NCBI GenBank assembly: GCA_963706785.1
Contig: CAVPNJ010000012.1
Location: 19,253-83,252 of the forward strand
Length of the DNA: 64,000 bases
Reading direction: 5' to 3'
Source: an uncultured beta proteobacterium
GTDB lineage: Bacteria; Pseudomonadota; Gammaproteobacteria; Burkholderiales; Burkholderiaceae_B
Position numbers and translations under genes: made by a program. The notes under the pieces were generated by a model. The model was not told the DNA's origin and did no database searches. It saw only the letters and a program-made list of their open reading frames with translations. Below are positions 1 to 10,783 of the stretch, one piece after another; the first letter of the stretch is position 1, and every line of letters starts with the position of its first letter.

Positions 1-22
1 CTTTTAATTTACTGAGTTTTCG

Positions 23-1233
23 ATGAACGTCCCAGGTACCCATCCCGGTAAATCGCCCCGGACCAAGCTAAGGCTGACGCCTGTGGAGCGTCGCGCCAGT
101 ATCACGCTGGCCTTGCTTTTTGCCTCGCGCATGCTGGGCTTGTTTTTGTTGACGCCCATCTTCGCGGTCGCGGCGCAGGCCATTCCGGGTGGCAACGATG
201 CGGCCAAGGTGGGCCTGGCGCTGGGCGCGTATGGTTTGACCCAGGCTATCATGCAAATTCCATTGGGCATGGCATCGGACCGCTTCGGCAGGCGGCCTGT
301 GATTGTTTTCGGCATGCTGCTGTTTATTGCCGGCGGCGTGAATGTGCGCCCTGGCCCCAAACGTAGACTGGATTATCGCCGGACGGATAATTCAGGGCCT
401 GGGCGCGATTTCGGCGGCGATTACCGCGTGGGTGGCCGATGCTACCCGCCCCGAGGTGCGTACGCGCGCCATGGCGCTAGTGGGCAGTTCTATCGGCATC
501 TCCTTCGCGGCATCCCTGGTGCTTTCCCCCATGCTGGTCGGGCGAATTTGGGCTGTCCGGCTTGTTCTGGGCGATCAGCCTGCTAGGATTCGTCTGCCTG
601 CTGATCGCTGCCTTCGTGGTTCCGGCCGTGCCTTTGGCTAAAACGCCTATCGTGCAAGCGCGTCCCCGCGATGTACTGGGTCATGTGGATTTGCTACGTT
701 TGAATTTTGGCGTCTTTTGCCTGCACTTCATTCTAATGGCCATATTCATTGTTGCTCCGGGATTGCTCGCCGCACTTGGCGGCTATGATTCCGCTCACTT
801 GTGGGAAGTGTATCTGCCGGTTATTTTGCTGTCTTTTGTTTTAATGGTTCCGGCCGTTTTTTATACGGAAACCCGGCATGCGCATAAAATTGCAATGGAA
901 ATAGCCGTCGCGGGTCTGGTCGTGGCGCTGGCCCTGATGCCCCTGGCAAGCCATAGCTTTTTTGCCTTTGTGGCGGCGCTGGTCGGCTTCTTCATTGCCT
1001 TCAACATACTTGAAGCGCTGCAGCCTTCGCTGGTGTCACGGGTTGCACCTCCTGAATACAAAGGTCTGGCGCTAGGCTTCTACAATACAGCCCAATCGCT
1101 AGGGATATTTGCCGGAGGCGTGGTAGGCGGCCTGCTTGCTTCGCATGACCGCGCGCCGGCCGTTTTCCTGGTTTCCGCTGCATTGGCATTTGCCTGGTTT
1201 TTAACCGCTCGAGGGTTCCGGTCGCCTTCTTAA
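23..1233 (+). pseudogene. MFS transporter, reading frame interrupted twice
   Basis: Three overlapping ORF pieces (23-586, 342-641, 562-1233) join into one MFS-like polytopic protein: ...LGMASDRFGRRPVIVFGMLLFIAGGV | MCALAPNVDWIIAGRIIQGLGAIS...SPMLVGRI | GLSGLFWAISLLGF... The junctions coincide with an aa run (341-342) and a ttt run (547-549). The gene sits directly upstream of ssb. Confidence 0.8.
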
Positions 1234-1339
1234 TGCGACTATTCTGATCCATCGTGATAGTACGCAGGCCTATGGAAAACGGTGTGTTTATCGTCGATAA
1301 TTACATCAACGTGAAATTTTTAAAGTTAAGGGTATTGTC

Positions 1340-1828
1340 ATGGCCTCAGTCAACAAAGTCATTCTCGTCGGCAATCTCGGACGAGACCCCGAAGTGCGCT
1401 ACAGCCCCGACGGTGCGGCTATCTGTAACGTCTCCATTGCCACTACCTCGCAATGGAAAGACAAGACCTCAGGTGAAAAACGCGAAGAAACCGAATGGCA
1501 TCGCGTGGTGTTTTATAACCGCCTGGCCGAAATCGCCGGCGAATACCTTAAAAAGGGCCGTTCAGTATATATAGAGGGGCGCCTCAAGACCCGCAAATGG
1601 CAAGACAAGGATACCGGCGCCGATCGTTTCAGCACCGACATCGTTGCCGACCAAATGCAAATGCTGGGCGGCCGTGAAGGCGAAGCCAGCATGGGCGGCG
1701 GCGGTGGCGACTATAACCAGGCACCGGCTCAGCCTCGTGCGCAGCGCCCTGCGCAGCCTCGTCCCGCTGCTCCGCAGGCGTCGCCAGCGGCAAATCTGGC
1801 CGATATGGACGACGATATTCCGTTCTAG
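1340..1828 (+). CDS. ssb: single-stranded DNA-binding protein
   Basis: 162 aa. OB-fold N-terminus [21 protein letters not shown]..., a Gly/Pro/Gln-rich linker, and the acidic tip DMDDDIPF typical of bacterial SSB. Confidence 0.97.
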   Translation: MASVNKVILVGNLGRDPEVRYSPDGAAICNVSIATTSQWKDKTSGEKREETEWHRVVFYNRLAEIAGEYLKKGRSVYIEGRLKTRKWQDKDTGADRFSTDIVADQMQMLGGREGEASMGGGGGDYNQAPAQPRAQRPAQPRPAAPQASPAANLADMDDDIPF

Positions 1829-1854
1829 GGACTACCTTAGGTAAAGGTGTAAAT

Positions 1855-1890
1855 AAAGCCCAGCATGCAATGCATTGCATGCTGGGCTTT
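1855..1890. terminator. bidirectional intrinsic terminator hairpin between ssb and the convergent lactonase gene
   Basis: Perfect 36-nt palindrome AAAGCCCAGCATGCAATG/CATTGCATGCTGGGCTTT. It is flanked by an A-rich stretch 5' and TTTATTATTGTTT 3'. Confidence 0.8.
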
Positions 1891-1924
1891 ATTATTGTTT
1901 ACAGATTTTGGCGTGTCGCCTCGT

Positions 1925-2829
1925 TCATCCTCGACAAACCGGTTCCTGCAAACCAACAACTCCTGGCCGCAGCGCGAACACGCCTCCAGCCAACGGCTGA
2001 TCTGACACGTCTCCTTCCGGTCGGATCGACGTGATGAACAAGCGTTTCCATGTCCCGGCCCACCGAAGGCGCACATGGCAGGTTTTTTCACAGGAAGGGG
2101 GATGGTTCGGTCGAGCCTGCCGTCCGGGGTAAAACGGTGTACGCAGCCCCCGTCGTTCCCGCAGATCCAATAGCAGCCATCGGCATCAATGGCGGCCCCA
2201 TCGGGCCTACCGGGCAATGTTTTCATATCGACAAATAATCTGCGGTTCGATGGTAAACCGGCTTCCAGATCGTAATCGAAGGCCCATATTGCCTGCACGG
2301 ATGGATGTGAGTCAGACAGGTACATGGTGCGTCCATCGGGACTGAAGGCCAATCCGTTGGGCACAATAAGCCCATTGACTATAGGTGGATTCAGCGACAT
2401 CGCGCTGCACGAAGCGTCTTCGAAGGTATGGCGGTAAAGGCCGCCCACAGCTGACGCTTTGGTCATGTCGAGCAGCATTGTGCCTGCCCAAAGTCGACCC
2501 TGGCGATCGCAACGGCCATCGTTGAAGCGCATGCCGCTGTGTGGATGCGTTACGCTGGCAATCGGCTCGAAATCCAGTAGGCCGCCGTTGCGTGGCGTCA
2601 GACGAAACAGGCCGGACTGCGCGGCGGCGATCCATCCTTCGCCACTGCGTGCAATGCACCCGAGCATTTCAGGCGCTGTCCAGGTACTGACTACTTCGTC
2701 AACCGAGCGCCACCGATGCAGTTGGCCGCGGGGAATATCGACCCACCAAAGTGATTGGCCGGCCGCATCCCATACGGGACTTTCTCCGGTAGAGCAGCGG
2801 GCGTCAACAACGAGTTCAACGTTCGGCAT
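1925..2829 (-). pseudogene. SMP-30/gluconolactonase/LRE family lactonase, frame-disrupted near the C-terminus
   Basis: From ATG 2829 (MPNVELVVDARCSTGESPVWD...) the family is recognisable. After ...PAMCAFGGP the conserved tail continues in another frame (ORF 1925-2170: ...LFITSIRPEGDVSDQPLAGGVFALRPGVVGLQEP). The best reconstruction, GGPDMETLFITS, needs two 1-nt insertions near 2040-2056. Confidence 0.75.
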
Positions 2830-2925
2830 GTTTATTTGGCATGGGAAGAAGACATTGCGGGCGCCGACGCCGCGTTCCATCGGAACGGGCGTGCGGCGGG
2901 TAAGGCAGGAATGTATTCTCTGCTG

Positions 2926-3903
2926 TTATTGGGCGGTGATGCCCCGGGCGTCAATCAGTTTCTTCCACTTCATCGCTTCTTGGCTTACAAGTTGCACCGC
3001 ATCTTCGGGCGAGCCGCCTTCCGGCTCAATGCTCAGTTCCTTCAGTTTGGCGACAATTTCATCGTCCTTCAGGGCGACATTAATCGCATTATTCAGCTTA
3101 TTGACAATGTCGTCGGGTGTGCCTTTCGGAGCGACGAGGGTATACCAGAGGAAGATTTCGAAGTCTTTAAGGCCGGCTTCGCTCATGGTCGGAAGATCGG
3201 GATACCGGCCGGAGCGTTCCAGCGTCGATATGGCCAACGCCCTTACGCGCCCTGACTCGTGGTAGGGCATCCCTTCTGGAACCAGGACCAACATCGCGTC
3301 TACTTGGCCGGAAATCAAGTCCTGCATGGCGGGCGCTCCGCCCCGGTAGGGCACATGCAACACATTGATGCCCGCGTTTTGCTTATACATCTCCATGCCA
3401 AGATGGCCGGGAGATCCGACGCCTGGCGAAGCATAGCTGCTGTTGGGATTCGCTTTGAAATATGCGGTCAGTTCCGAGAGGCTTTTGGCCGGAACTTTGG
3501 GGTTGACGGCCATTACTGCGGGCACGCTGGCGATGTGAGCGATCGGGCGAAAATCTTTTTGCGGGTTGTAGATGAGTGCTTCTTTGTAAAGAGCCGGGTT
3601 TACCGCCATGCTGGATAGTGTTGCCAGCATCAATGTGTAGCCATCGGCTGGAGCCGTGGCCGTTGCGCTTGCTCCGATGGCCTCGGCGGCGCCCGGTTTA
3701 TTGTCGATAATGACGGGTTGTTTAAGGTTGTTGCTTAGCTTGTTGCCCAATAAGCGACCCAATACATCCGAGGTGCCGCCTGGCGGATAGGGAACTATGA
3801 TCTTGATAGGTTTATTGGGATAGTCACCGCTGGCGACAGCGGCCGGGCTGACGGCAACTGCCGACAACATTACTGCGGCAGCGGATAAAAAAATGCGCTT
3901 CAT
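2926..3903 (-). CDS. Bug-family (TctC-like) tripartite tricarboxylate transporter substrate-binding protein
   Basis: 325 aa. It has a signal peptide (MKRIFLSAAAVMLSAVAVSPAAVA) followed by YPNKPIKIIVPYPPGGTSDVLGRL..., the typical Bug/TctC N-terminal signature. Confidence 0.9.
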   Translation of the reverse strand: MKRIFLSAAAVMLSAVAVSPAAVASGDYPNKPIKIIVPYPPGGTSDVLGRLLGNKLSNNLKQPVIIDNKPGAAEAIGASATATAPADGYTLMLATLSSMAVNPALYKEALIYNPQKDFRPIAHIASVPAVMAVNPKVPAKSLSELTAYFKANPNSSYASPGVGSPGHLGMEMYKQNAGINVLHVPYRGGAPAMQDLISGQVDAMLVLVPEGMPYHESGRVRALAISTLERSGRYPDLPTMSEAGLKDFEIFLWYTLVAPKGTPDDIVNKLNNAINVALKDDEIVAKLKELSIEPEGGSPEDAVQLVSQEAMKWKKLIDARGITAQ

Positions 3904-3960
3904 ATGGAGTCTCCTGTTGTTGTGCTTCTAGTTAAAAGCTACTTTTTTTGTTTTGCCTCT

Positions 3961-4968
3961 TTACCTCGATACCGGGCCGGCGATGATCGATTCGATGAGT
4001 TGATGTGTTTTCAGCGCTTCCATGCCGGTAACTAGCGGTTGCCGTCCACCTCTTACCGCCTGTGCGAAATCGGAAATCAACGCCTTGTGTGCCGCTGGGG
4101 AAAAGTCCATGATGCTGTCGCCGCTGCCGGATTTTCCCTCGGCTTCGACAGTTATGTGCCTGCCATCATGAAAATGCACATCCAGGCGACCGCCCTCTAG
4201 CCTTGCAGTTGCCCTCAGGCATATGATCTCGAGTGATTCGGCGCGGCCGGGATATGAGGCCGTGGTTGCTGTGATTGAGCCCGGCGCACCGTTGTCCAAT
4301 GTCAGTAGGGCGGCGACATAGTCTTCGGTTTCGATGGCGTGGATGTCAGTTGTGATGACCTGGGCCGCGACAACTTGTTTGACGCCTACCAGGCTGCGAA
4401 ACAGGTCGATAGCGTGAATAGCCTGCGTCAACAATACTCCCCCTCCATCTCGCGCACGGGTGCCTCGACCCGCCGCATCGTAGTATCCGGCTTGCGAGCG
4501 CCACCAAGGCATAGTCAGCGATGCGGCTTGTATCTCGCCCAGGTCGCCGGTTGCGAGTAGCTCTTGTAATCGCTGAGCGCCAGGGCGCAATCGATGTTGA
4601 AGCACCACGCCAAAGCATAGGCCGCTGGATTCGGCGCGCGCGACAAGCTCCTGTGCGCGTGCGAGTGAGACCTCGAGCGGCTTTTCCACGAGGGTGTGCT
4701 TGCCGGCGGCTAGACTGCGACCCGCAATATCCAAATGGGTTGCGGCAGGTGTTGCAACGATGACCATATCGACCCGTGGGTCGCTCAGAGCATGATCCAG
4801 GTCGGTGCTGGGTGTTACCCAATTGTTTAGCGGACCCGCCGGAACCCGCGAGGGGTCACGGCAGATAGCCCATCGAAGATCGAGATCGTCGCGCAGGTCG
4901 CGCAGGCTCGCGATGTGTGGCTGTGATCCGGGGCCGAGCCCGACCAGGGCGACGCCGAGTTTGCTCAT
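3961..4968 (-). CDS. Gfo/Idh/MocA family oxidoreductase
   Basis: 335 aa. N-terminal Rossmann motif LGVALVGLGPGS, and EKPL motif (VEKPLEVS). It overlaps the upstream gene by 4 nt, so they probably form an operon. Confidence 0.85.
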   Translation of the reverse strand: MSKLGVALVGLGPGSQPHIASLRDLRDDLDLRWAICRDPSRVPAGPLNNWVTPSTDLDHALSDPRVDMVIVATPAATHLDIAGRSLAAGKHTLVEKPLEVSLARAQELVARAESSGLCFGVVLQHRLRPGAQRLQELLATGDLGEIQAASLTMPWWRSQAGYYDAAGRGTRARDGGGVLLTQAIHAIDLFRSLVGVKQVVAAQVITTDIHAIETEDYVAALLTLDNGAPGSITATTASYPGRAESLEIICLRATARLEGGRLDVHFHDGRHITVEAEGKSGSGDSIMDFSPAAHKALISDFAQAVRGGRQPLVTGMEALKTHQLIESIIAGPVSR

Positions 4969-5981
4969 TGTGTGGTTCCTCGCGCAAACGCGTCGGCTTC
5001 AAGCGCAAGCCGGCTGACGGCGAAGACGTGAGATTGGCGCATGGCGGTCTCGCTGCGATTGCGAACGTCATCGATGAATTGGCGGAAAAACACCAGGGGC
5101 TCGTTCTGACAATTGATGTAGCGTGTGCCCTTTTTGTCGGCGAGGTAGAGGTGATCTGTACCGGGACGGCCCTCAAGGTCCAGGTATTTGCGAAGCTCCA
5201 GGCTTCCTTCGGTACCCATTACAAACAATCTGCCGTCTCCCCAAGTGGGTAAACCGTCGGGCGTGAACCAGTCGACCCGGATGTATCCACGCCGGCTCCG
5301 GCTGGGCGAATGCAGCGTTATCTCGCCGAAATCCTGGAACGACTCGGGGGTGTTCGGCCCGAAATGCCCCACCGCCGCGTGGACGATCTCGGCGTCATTG
5401 GAGTCGGTGAACATCATGAACTGATCAATTTGGTGAGAGGCAATGTCGACCAGAATGCCGCCATAGGCGGAGGTGTGGAAGAACCAGTCGGGACGGATGT
5501 CGCGGTTCAAGCGGTGGGGGCCCAGGCCTAGCGTCTGGATAACTTCGCCGATAGCGCCGTCGGCCACAAGTCGCAGGGCGGTTTGCACTGCCGGAACCAC
5601 CATACGCTCGGAAAAACATATCGAGAAGATCTTCCCGGTTTCTTGAACCGTGCGCTCGACGAGAGCGAGCTGTTCGAAGTCGATGATGCCTGGCTTGTCG
5701 GTAAGAACGTCTTTGCCGTGCCGCATTGCTTCTATTGCGATACCAGCGCGCTCCGACGGTATTGCGGCCGTTACGATAAGATCGATTTCAGCATCCTCTA
5801 ACAGCGCCTGGCGATCTTCGATAGCGAGGATTTGCGGAAAACGTTCCTGTACGCCCTTAAGCACACTCGGGTCGGAGGTCTGCGTCCAGTAGCCGACGCA
5901 ATTGGCGCCTGCCGCAAGCAGCTCTCCGATCAGGTGATAGACGTGGCGATGGTCCAAGCCGATAACAGCAAACTTGATCAC
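4965..5981 (-). CDS. Gfo/Idh/MocA family oxidoreductase
   Basis: 338 aa. It begins MIKFAVIGLDHRH, has TDKPG in place of EKP, and has family-like length and layout. Confidence 0.8.
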   Translation of the reverse strand: MIKFAVIGLDHRHVYHLIGELLAAGANCVGYWTQTSDPSVLKGVQERFPQILAIEDRQALLEDAEIDLIVTAAIPSERAGIAIEAMRHGKDVLTDKPGIIDFEQLALVERTVQETGKIFSICFSERMVVPAVQTALRLVADGAIGEVIQTLGLGPHRLNRDIRPDWFFHTSAYGGILVDIASHQIDQFMMFTDSNDAEIVHAAVGHFGPNTPESFQDFGEITLHSPSRSRRGYIRVDWFTPDGLPTWGDGRLFVMGTEGSLELRKYLDLEGRPGTDHLYLADKKGTRYINCQNEPLVFFRQFIDDVRNRSETAMRQSHVFAVSRLALEADAFARGTTQ

Positions 5982-6835
5982 GGCGCTTCCTTTAATTCGC
6001 GGTTGCCCCTACAGGGAGGAACTGGGCGAGCCGTAGCCGGTGTGTAGTCATTCACGACAAATGGGCCGCCCTGATAGTGCGAGGCCACGGGGTCGGCATG
6101 GGAGTCGATCGAATTGACTTCGTCGGCCCATCTCTCTGCATTGTGGCGCGGCGAGTAGCCAATCTCGTTGGGTTCGGTCATGTCATAGTAAGCACGAGTG
6201 TTGGCCGATATACCCCACACCTCGGTGTAGCCGACCTCTGGGGCTTCGATTGCACGTTGCACCAGGTGGATAAGGTCTTCAGTGCTTAGCCAAGTGCTCA
6301 GATGTCGGCGATTTTCAGGCGGGCCTTCCAAGGCGGTGCCGATGCGCAGGCAAACCGACTCGATGCCGTGCTTATCCCAGTACATGCGCGCCATGCCCTC
6401 GCCCCACATCTTGGACAGGCCGTAGAAGCCGTCAGGGCGGTAACACGCGTCCCGCCGCAAGGTATGTTCCACCGGGTGCATGCCAAACGCATGGTTTGAA
6501 CTGGCAAAGACAACGCGCTTGACGCGATGTCGGCGGGCGCCTTCGTAGACGGCGTGTAGAGCGACCAGGTTGTTATCGATGATTTCCGGCAACGGTCGTT
6601 CGACGCTGGTGCCCGCCATGTGCACAAGCACGTCGACGCCCTTGAGCAGTCGGTCGACGACCGCGGGGTCTCGCAGGTCGCCATGCATAACGTCTTCATG
6701 CGGGAAAAGGGGAGTCAGCACACTGCGCCCGCCGGCGCTGCGCACCGCATATCCAAGTTCAGGCAAGGCCTTGCGTAAGATGCGACCAAGATTGCCGGCT
6801 GCGCCGCTTAGGGCAACTGAAACAGGTGAAGTCAT
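5978..6835 (-). CDS. NAD-dependent epimerase/dehydratase family protein, uronate-dehydrogenase-like
   Basis: Start taken at the internal ATG (MTSPVSVALSGAAGNLG, a Rossmann motif). The stretch SSNHAFG...YGLSKMWGEGMARMY...STWLSTEDL resembles Udh-type uronate dehydrogenases. Confidence 0.7.
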   Translation of the reverse strand: MTSPVSVALSGAAGNLGRILRKALPELGYAVRSAGGRSVLTPLFPHEDVMHGDLRDPAVVDRLLKGVDVLVHMAGTSVERPLPEIIDNNLVALHAVYEGARRHRVKRVVFASSNHAFGMHPVEHTLRRDACYRPDGFYGLSKMWGEGMARMYWDKHGIESVCLRIGTALEGPPENRRHLSTWLSTEDLIHLVQRAIEAPEVGYTEVWGISANTRAYYDMTEPNEIGYSPRHNAERWADEVNSIDSHADPVASHYQGGPFVVNDYTPATARPVPPCRGNRELKEAP

Positions 6836-6962
6836 ATTTTTCGCCGCTCTTGAAGTCGATGCTATAAAGTCTGGTTCAATGTTGCGCAAAGTATGGTTTA
6901 TTGTTGGGCGCTGCGCTAATGCTAAATAAGTAATAGGCCTTACGGGTTTCGCAAGGGTGGGT

Positions 6963-7850
6963 ATGGATCTTAAACAGTTGACCTCATTTATTGCCGTGGC
7001 CGAAGAAGGACAGTTGAGCCGAGCGGCGGCCAGGCTGTGTTTATCGCAGCCGCCGCTGAGCCGTCATATCCATGCTCTGGAAGCGGAACTGGGGGCGCGT
7101 CTGTTCGACCGGACTGCGACGGGCATGACGCTGACTCAGGCCGGAGTCGCCTTGCTCGATAACGCACGCAGCATCGAGAGCCTGCTTCATCAAGCTCGAG
7201 ACAAAGTGCGGAAGGCGGGCCTGGGGCAATCTGGGCAGATGGATGTCGGCCTTTATGGGTCCTCGATTTACGGTGCCGTTCCCCGGATTCTCCGTCAGTT
7301 CAGAATTTCGCACCCGGATGTCGCCTTGAATTTGCACTACGCACAAACGCCAGAGCAGGTAAAAGCGCTGCGCCGCAAACAGGTACTTATCGTGTTCGAG
7401 CGGATGTTGCCTTCTGAACCGGATATTGAAGTGCTGCCGGTATGCCGTGAACGGCTTTATGTCGCAATCAGCGAAGAGCATCCTTTGGCGCAGAGCGAGT
7501 GGCTGGACATCGGCGAGCTGCGAGATGAAACGTTCATTCCTGGCACCGAAGTTACGGCGGCATCGCAGCTTGTCGAAATATGTCGCAAAGCAGGGTTTGT
7601 GCCGCGTATGACCCCACCTTCCAATAATATGGTGACCGCCACATTGCTTGCCGCCGTTGGGGTTGGAGTCAGTCTTGTGCCCGAATCGATGACCCATGTG
7701 CAACTTCCGGGCGTCGTCTATCGACAGTTGAATGACGGCGAATCGTACTCGATGGATTTACACTGCTTCTACCTTCAAAATAACTCCTCGCCGCTACTGG
7801 CCAGCATGCTCGAGGTCGTGCGCGGCGTTGCCGCGCCCCCGCGTGTCTAA
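6963..7850 (+). CDS. LysR family transcriptional regulator
   Basis: MDLKQLTSFIAVAEEGQLSRAAARLCLSQPPLSRHIHALEAELG is a canonical LysR helix-turn-helix. About 295 aa, divergent from the oxidoreductase operon. Confidence 0.92.
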   Translation: MDLKQLTSFIAVAEEGQLSRAAARLCLSQPPLSRHIHALEAELGARLFDRTATGMTLTQAGVALLDNARSIESLLHQARDKVRKAGLGQSGQMDVGLYGSSIYGAVPRILRQFRISHPDVALNLHYAQTPEQVKALRRKQVLIVFERMLPSEPDIEVLPVCRERLYVAISEEHPLAQSEWLDIGELRDETFIPGTEVTAASQLVEICRKAGFVPRMTPPSNNMVTATLLAAVGVGVSLVPESMTHVQLPGVVYRQLNDGESYSMDLHCFYLQNNSSPLLASMLEVVRGVAAPPRV

Positions 7851-7881
7851 GGCTGGTCGCCATCTATCCGGAGCAACTGAT

Positions 7882-8781
7882 ATGGTGCGCCTTGTTTTGC
7901 GTTCGGGCCAGGCTCATGCCAGCCTACTGCCCGATTTGGGCGCTCGTATCGCGCAGTGCACCCTTGTAACCGCCGGCGGCGTATCACGCGCATTGTTTTT
8001 CCCGTTTGATGAAACCGCGCATGCGCCCGATTCCTGGGCCAAAGGAGGTCTCTACCCGCTGGTGCCATTTTCCGGTCGCATTGCCGACGCAGAGCTTGAA
8101 GTGGATGGCCGCCGAATTCATTTGACGCCGCATTCTGCTTCGGACCCGCATGCCCTGCATGGGGTCGCCCAACGCAGGGCATGGGTCGTTGATGACGTCA
8201 CGGGGAACGCCGCATGGCTCTCTTATGCGCACGAGCCCGACGCCCATTGGCCCTGGCGTTTTTCAACGCAGATGGTGGTTGAGCTAACCCCCGCGACGCT
8301 CACCGTCAAGCTTTCGTGCCGCAATACTGACCGGTGTGCCTGGCCTGCGGGGGTGGGCCTGCATCCCTATCTACATTGGAATACTGACGATCGCTTGAGC
8401 TTTTCAGCACGGACTTTCTGGCCGGCCACGGCCGATAGCGTGGGGCTTCCCGGCCCTGTCGCTAGTGGGGAGTTTCGCCCCAGCCACGAAGACTGGGTTG
8501 AACAGGATTTAACGCATTTTTATCGACACTGGCAGAGTCAGGCAGCATTGTGTTGTGGCGCCACCGGGGAGCAGCTTCGCGTGAAAGCTTCGGCCTCGCT
8601 GGAACATGTCGTTCTTCATAAGCCTAGGGGCTGGCCGTATCTATGTATCGAGCCCGCAACTCACGTACCGAACGCCTTCAACCTTGCCGCTCAAGGTGTT
8701 GCGCAGACCGGCTGCCGCTGGCTGGAACCTGACGAAACAATCGATGGGTGGGTCGCGTTTACCTTGCTAGACCCACCCTGA
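7882..8781 (+). CDS. aldose 1-epimerase family protein
   Basis: 299 aa from ATG 7882. The calls rests on the GLHPY motif (AGVGLHPYLHW), CIEP (YLCIEPATHVPNAF) and overall mutarotase-like layout. Confidence 0.65.
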   Translation: MVRLVLRSGQAHASLLPDLGARIAQCTLVTAGGVSRALFFPFDETAHAPDSWAKGGLYPLVPFSGRIADAELEVDGRRIHLTPHSASDPHALHGVAQRRAWVVDDVTGNAAWLSYAHEPDAHWPWRFSTQMVVELTPATLTVKLSCRNTDRCAWPAGVGLHPYLHWNTDDRLSFSARTFWPATADSVGLPGPVASGEFRPSHEDWVEQDLTHFYRHWQSQAALCCGATGEQLRVKASASLEHVVLHKPRGWPYLCIEPATHVPNAFNLAAQGVAQTGCRWLEPDETIDGWVAFTLLDPP

Positions 8782-8899
8782 CCATGGAACAAAGCGCACG
8801 GCCGCGTAGCTAAAGCTGGACCGCGGCGTCGAACCGGGTTAAGGCTTCTTCAGGCAGTCCGTCATGCACCGTTCGTTCTTGACGTCAGGACGGTCGTCC

Positions 8900-9410
8900 T
8901 TATAGAAGCCGTCCTTGTTGGGCATTTGACCGCCCTGAGGCCTCGGCGTTTACGACCTTATCTGCACCGATCAAGCCGTACTCGTGCAAAAGGTAGCCTG
9001 TAACGGCATAGACTTCATCGTTAGTCAGGCTTTGCGGGGCCTGGAACGGCATGGCGCGGCGAATGTAGTCAAACGCCGTCGTTGCGTACGGCCAGTAGCT
9101 TTGCACTGTCTTCAGCGGCTTATCGCTGGCCAGTGAACCCACACCACCCGCCAGCGCTGGGCCGATTCCGCCTTCGAGTTTCGCGCCATGACAGGCCAGG
9201 CACTGCGTGTCGTAGACCTTCTTGCCCATTTCTATGGTTCCGCTACCCGGTGGTAGGTTCTTGCCGTCAGGCGCGATTTCGATATTCCAGCCGGCGATCT
9301 GTTCGGGTGTGGCGGTTGTGCCAGATTCCAAGCTGGTGTGCAGCGACGGGCGAACAGGCAAGGGCGAGTACGATTGCCGCGAGCGAGGGATAGTGTTTAT
9401 GCGCGACCAT
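8900..9410 (-). pseudogene. monohaem cytochrome c subunit of sulfite dehydrogenase (SorB/SoxD-like), frameshifted after the signal peptide
   Basis: ATG at 9410 gives the signal peptide MVAHKHYPSLAAIVLALACSPVAAHQ, and that frame stops soon after. The mature part, with CLACHG haem motif, is in the +1 frame (ORF 8900-9442). The junction lies within about 9312-9350. The start overlaps the stop of the upstream Mo subunit gene by 14 nt. Confidence 0.7.
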
Positions 9411-10783
9411 TCGTCACCTCTCCGGTGGTGCTGATCTTCCATGGCTGGATGGAATTATTGTGATAGAAGGAGACTTTGCCGCGCGCTTCGATCAACTGCT
9501 CGATCGTAGGCTGTACATAGCCCGTTTCGTCGACCGCCCGGCTCATGATTACCATCTCTTCTCCGTTCCATTCGAAGGGAGCGCGAAATGCGGTCAGCGC
9601 TTTGCTGCGTACGGGTTCTTGAAGGGCGGCTTCACGCCAGGTATTGCCACCATCGATCGACACGTCCACATGGGTGATCTTGCCATGGCCACTCCAGGCA
9701 ATGCCACGGATCTCGTGCTTGCCCTTGCGCGACAACTTTTGGGTACCCGAAGGCGAGGTGATAAGTGATTTGCACTCCATGACGAATGAAAACTTGCGCG
9801 CCTGTCCGTCTCCATCAAGTCGGTATATTTGCCGGTTTCCTCGCGAGAGTGGACAGGGGCGTCGGTGACATGCAGCCGCCTGAGCCATTTGATGTGCGTG
9901 TTGCCTTCATAGCCGGGCACGAACAGGCGTATCGGATAGCCTTGTTCGGGACGCAGGCGTTCGCCATTTTGGCTGTACACCACCATGACGTCATCCATGC
10001 ACTTTTCCATAGGGATGCTTCGATTCATGGCAGCTCCGTCGGCGCCTTCGGCAACTCACCCACGTGGCCTTCGGATCGACACCCGCTTCGTTTAGCAGCG
10101 TCTTCAAGGGCACGCCCGTCCATTCGGCACAGCTGACCAAGCCGGCCACTTCGGCCGCTGTCTTGCCATAGGGCGGTAGAAAAGACGGATTGCCTGAACA
10201 CTCCATGAAATAGATATGCGATTCAGCAGGAAACTGGCGCAGTTCTTCCATCGTGAAGACAAGTGGACGCTCGACCATGCCATGCATCATCAAGCGGTGC
10301 TGCGCCGGGTCGATTTCGGGCACGCCAGCGTGGTGGCGTTCATAGAACAGGCCGTTGGGCGTAATGGTGCCGTCGAGGTCCTGCAAGGGCGAGGTACTGT
10401 AGGCGGACATCGGTTCTTTCAGGCCCGGATACATATGGCGAATGACTTCGGACTCATATTTGGATGGGGTGCCATAGGGCACGGCGGTCGGGCCGCCCAG
10501 GGATCGGGTCCAGGGTGGAATGTTCGGTGGCAGATTCGCGTCACCAGAGGCCTGAATCGGCAGACTGTGCGACGGCGTTTCCAGCAATGCCCGCAGCGGC
10601 TACACCGCCAGCGAGCAGGCCGCCCTTGGCGAGAAATTCACGGCGATTCAGTGGACGCTGCTCTGGTACGGCGAGCTCCGTCTCAGTGCTTGTTGGAGGC
10701 TGTAAATGTTTATTGTTCAAGATCCCATTCTCCCAAGTTACGGATTGGATTTGACAGTAGTTGCCCGGACGCTTGCGACCCAA
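9397..10783 (-). pseudogene. sulfite dehydrogenase molybdopterin subunit (SorA/SoxC-like), three frame disruptions
   Basis: Four ORF pieces (10541-10783, 9991-10587, 9594-10028, 9397-9888) join in order. They give a Tat signal (NRREFLAKGGLLAGGVAAAG), then ...YERHHAGVPEIDP...FMECSGN..., ...YPIRLFVPGYEGNTHIKWLRRL..., and ...KFSFVMECKSLITSPSG...HVDVSIDGGNTW.... The true start codon is uncertain. Confidence 0.8.

Noticed and set aside
1234-1339. I looked for an SOS (LexA) box upstream of ssb
   Set aside because: I found no CTGT-N8-ACAG-type palindrome in the 107-nt spacer, so I make no claim.
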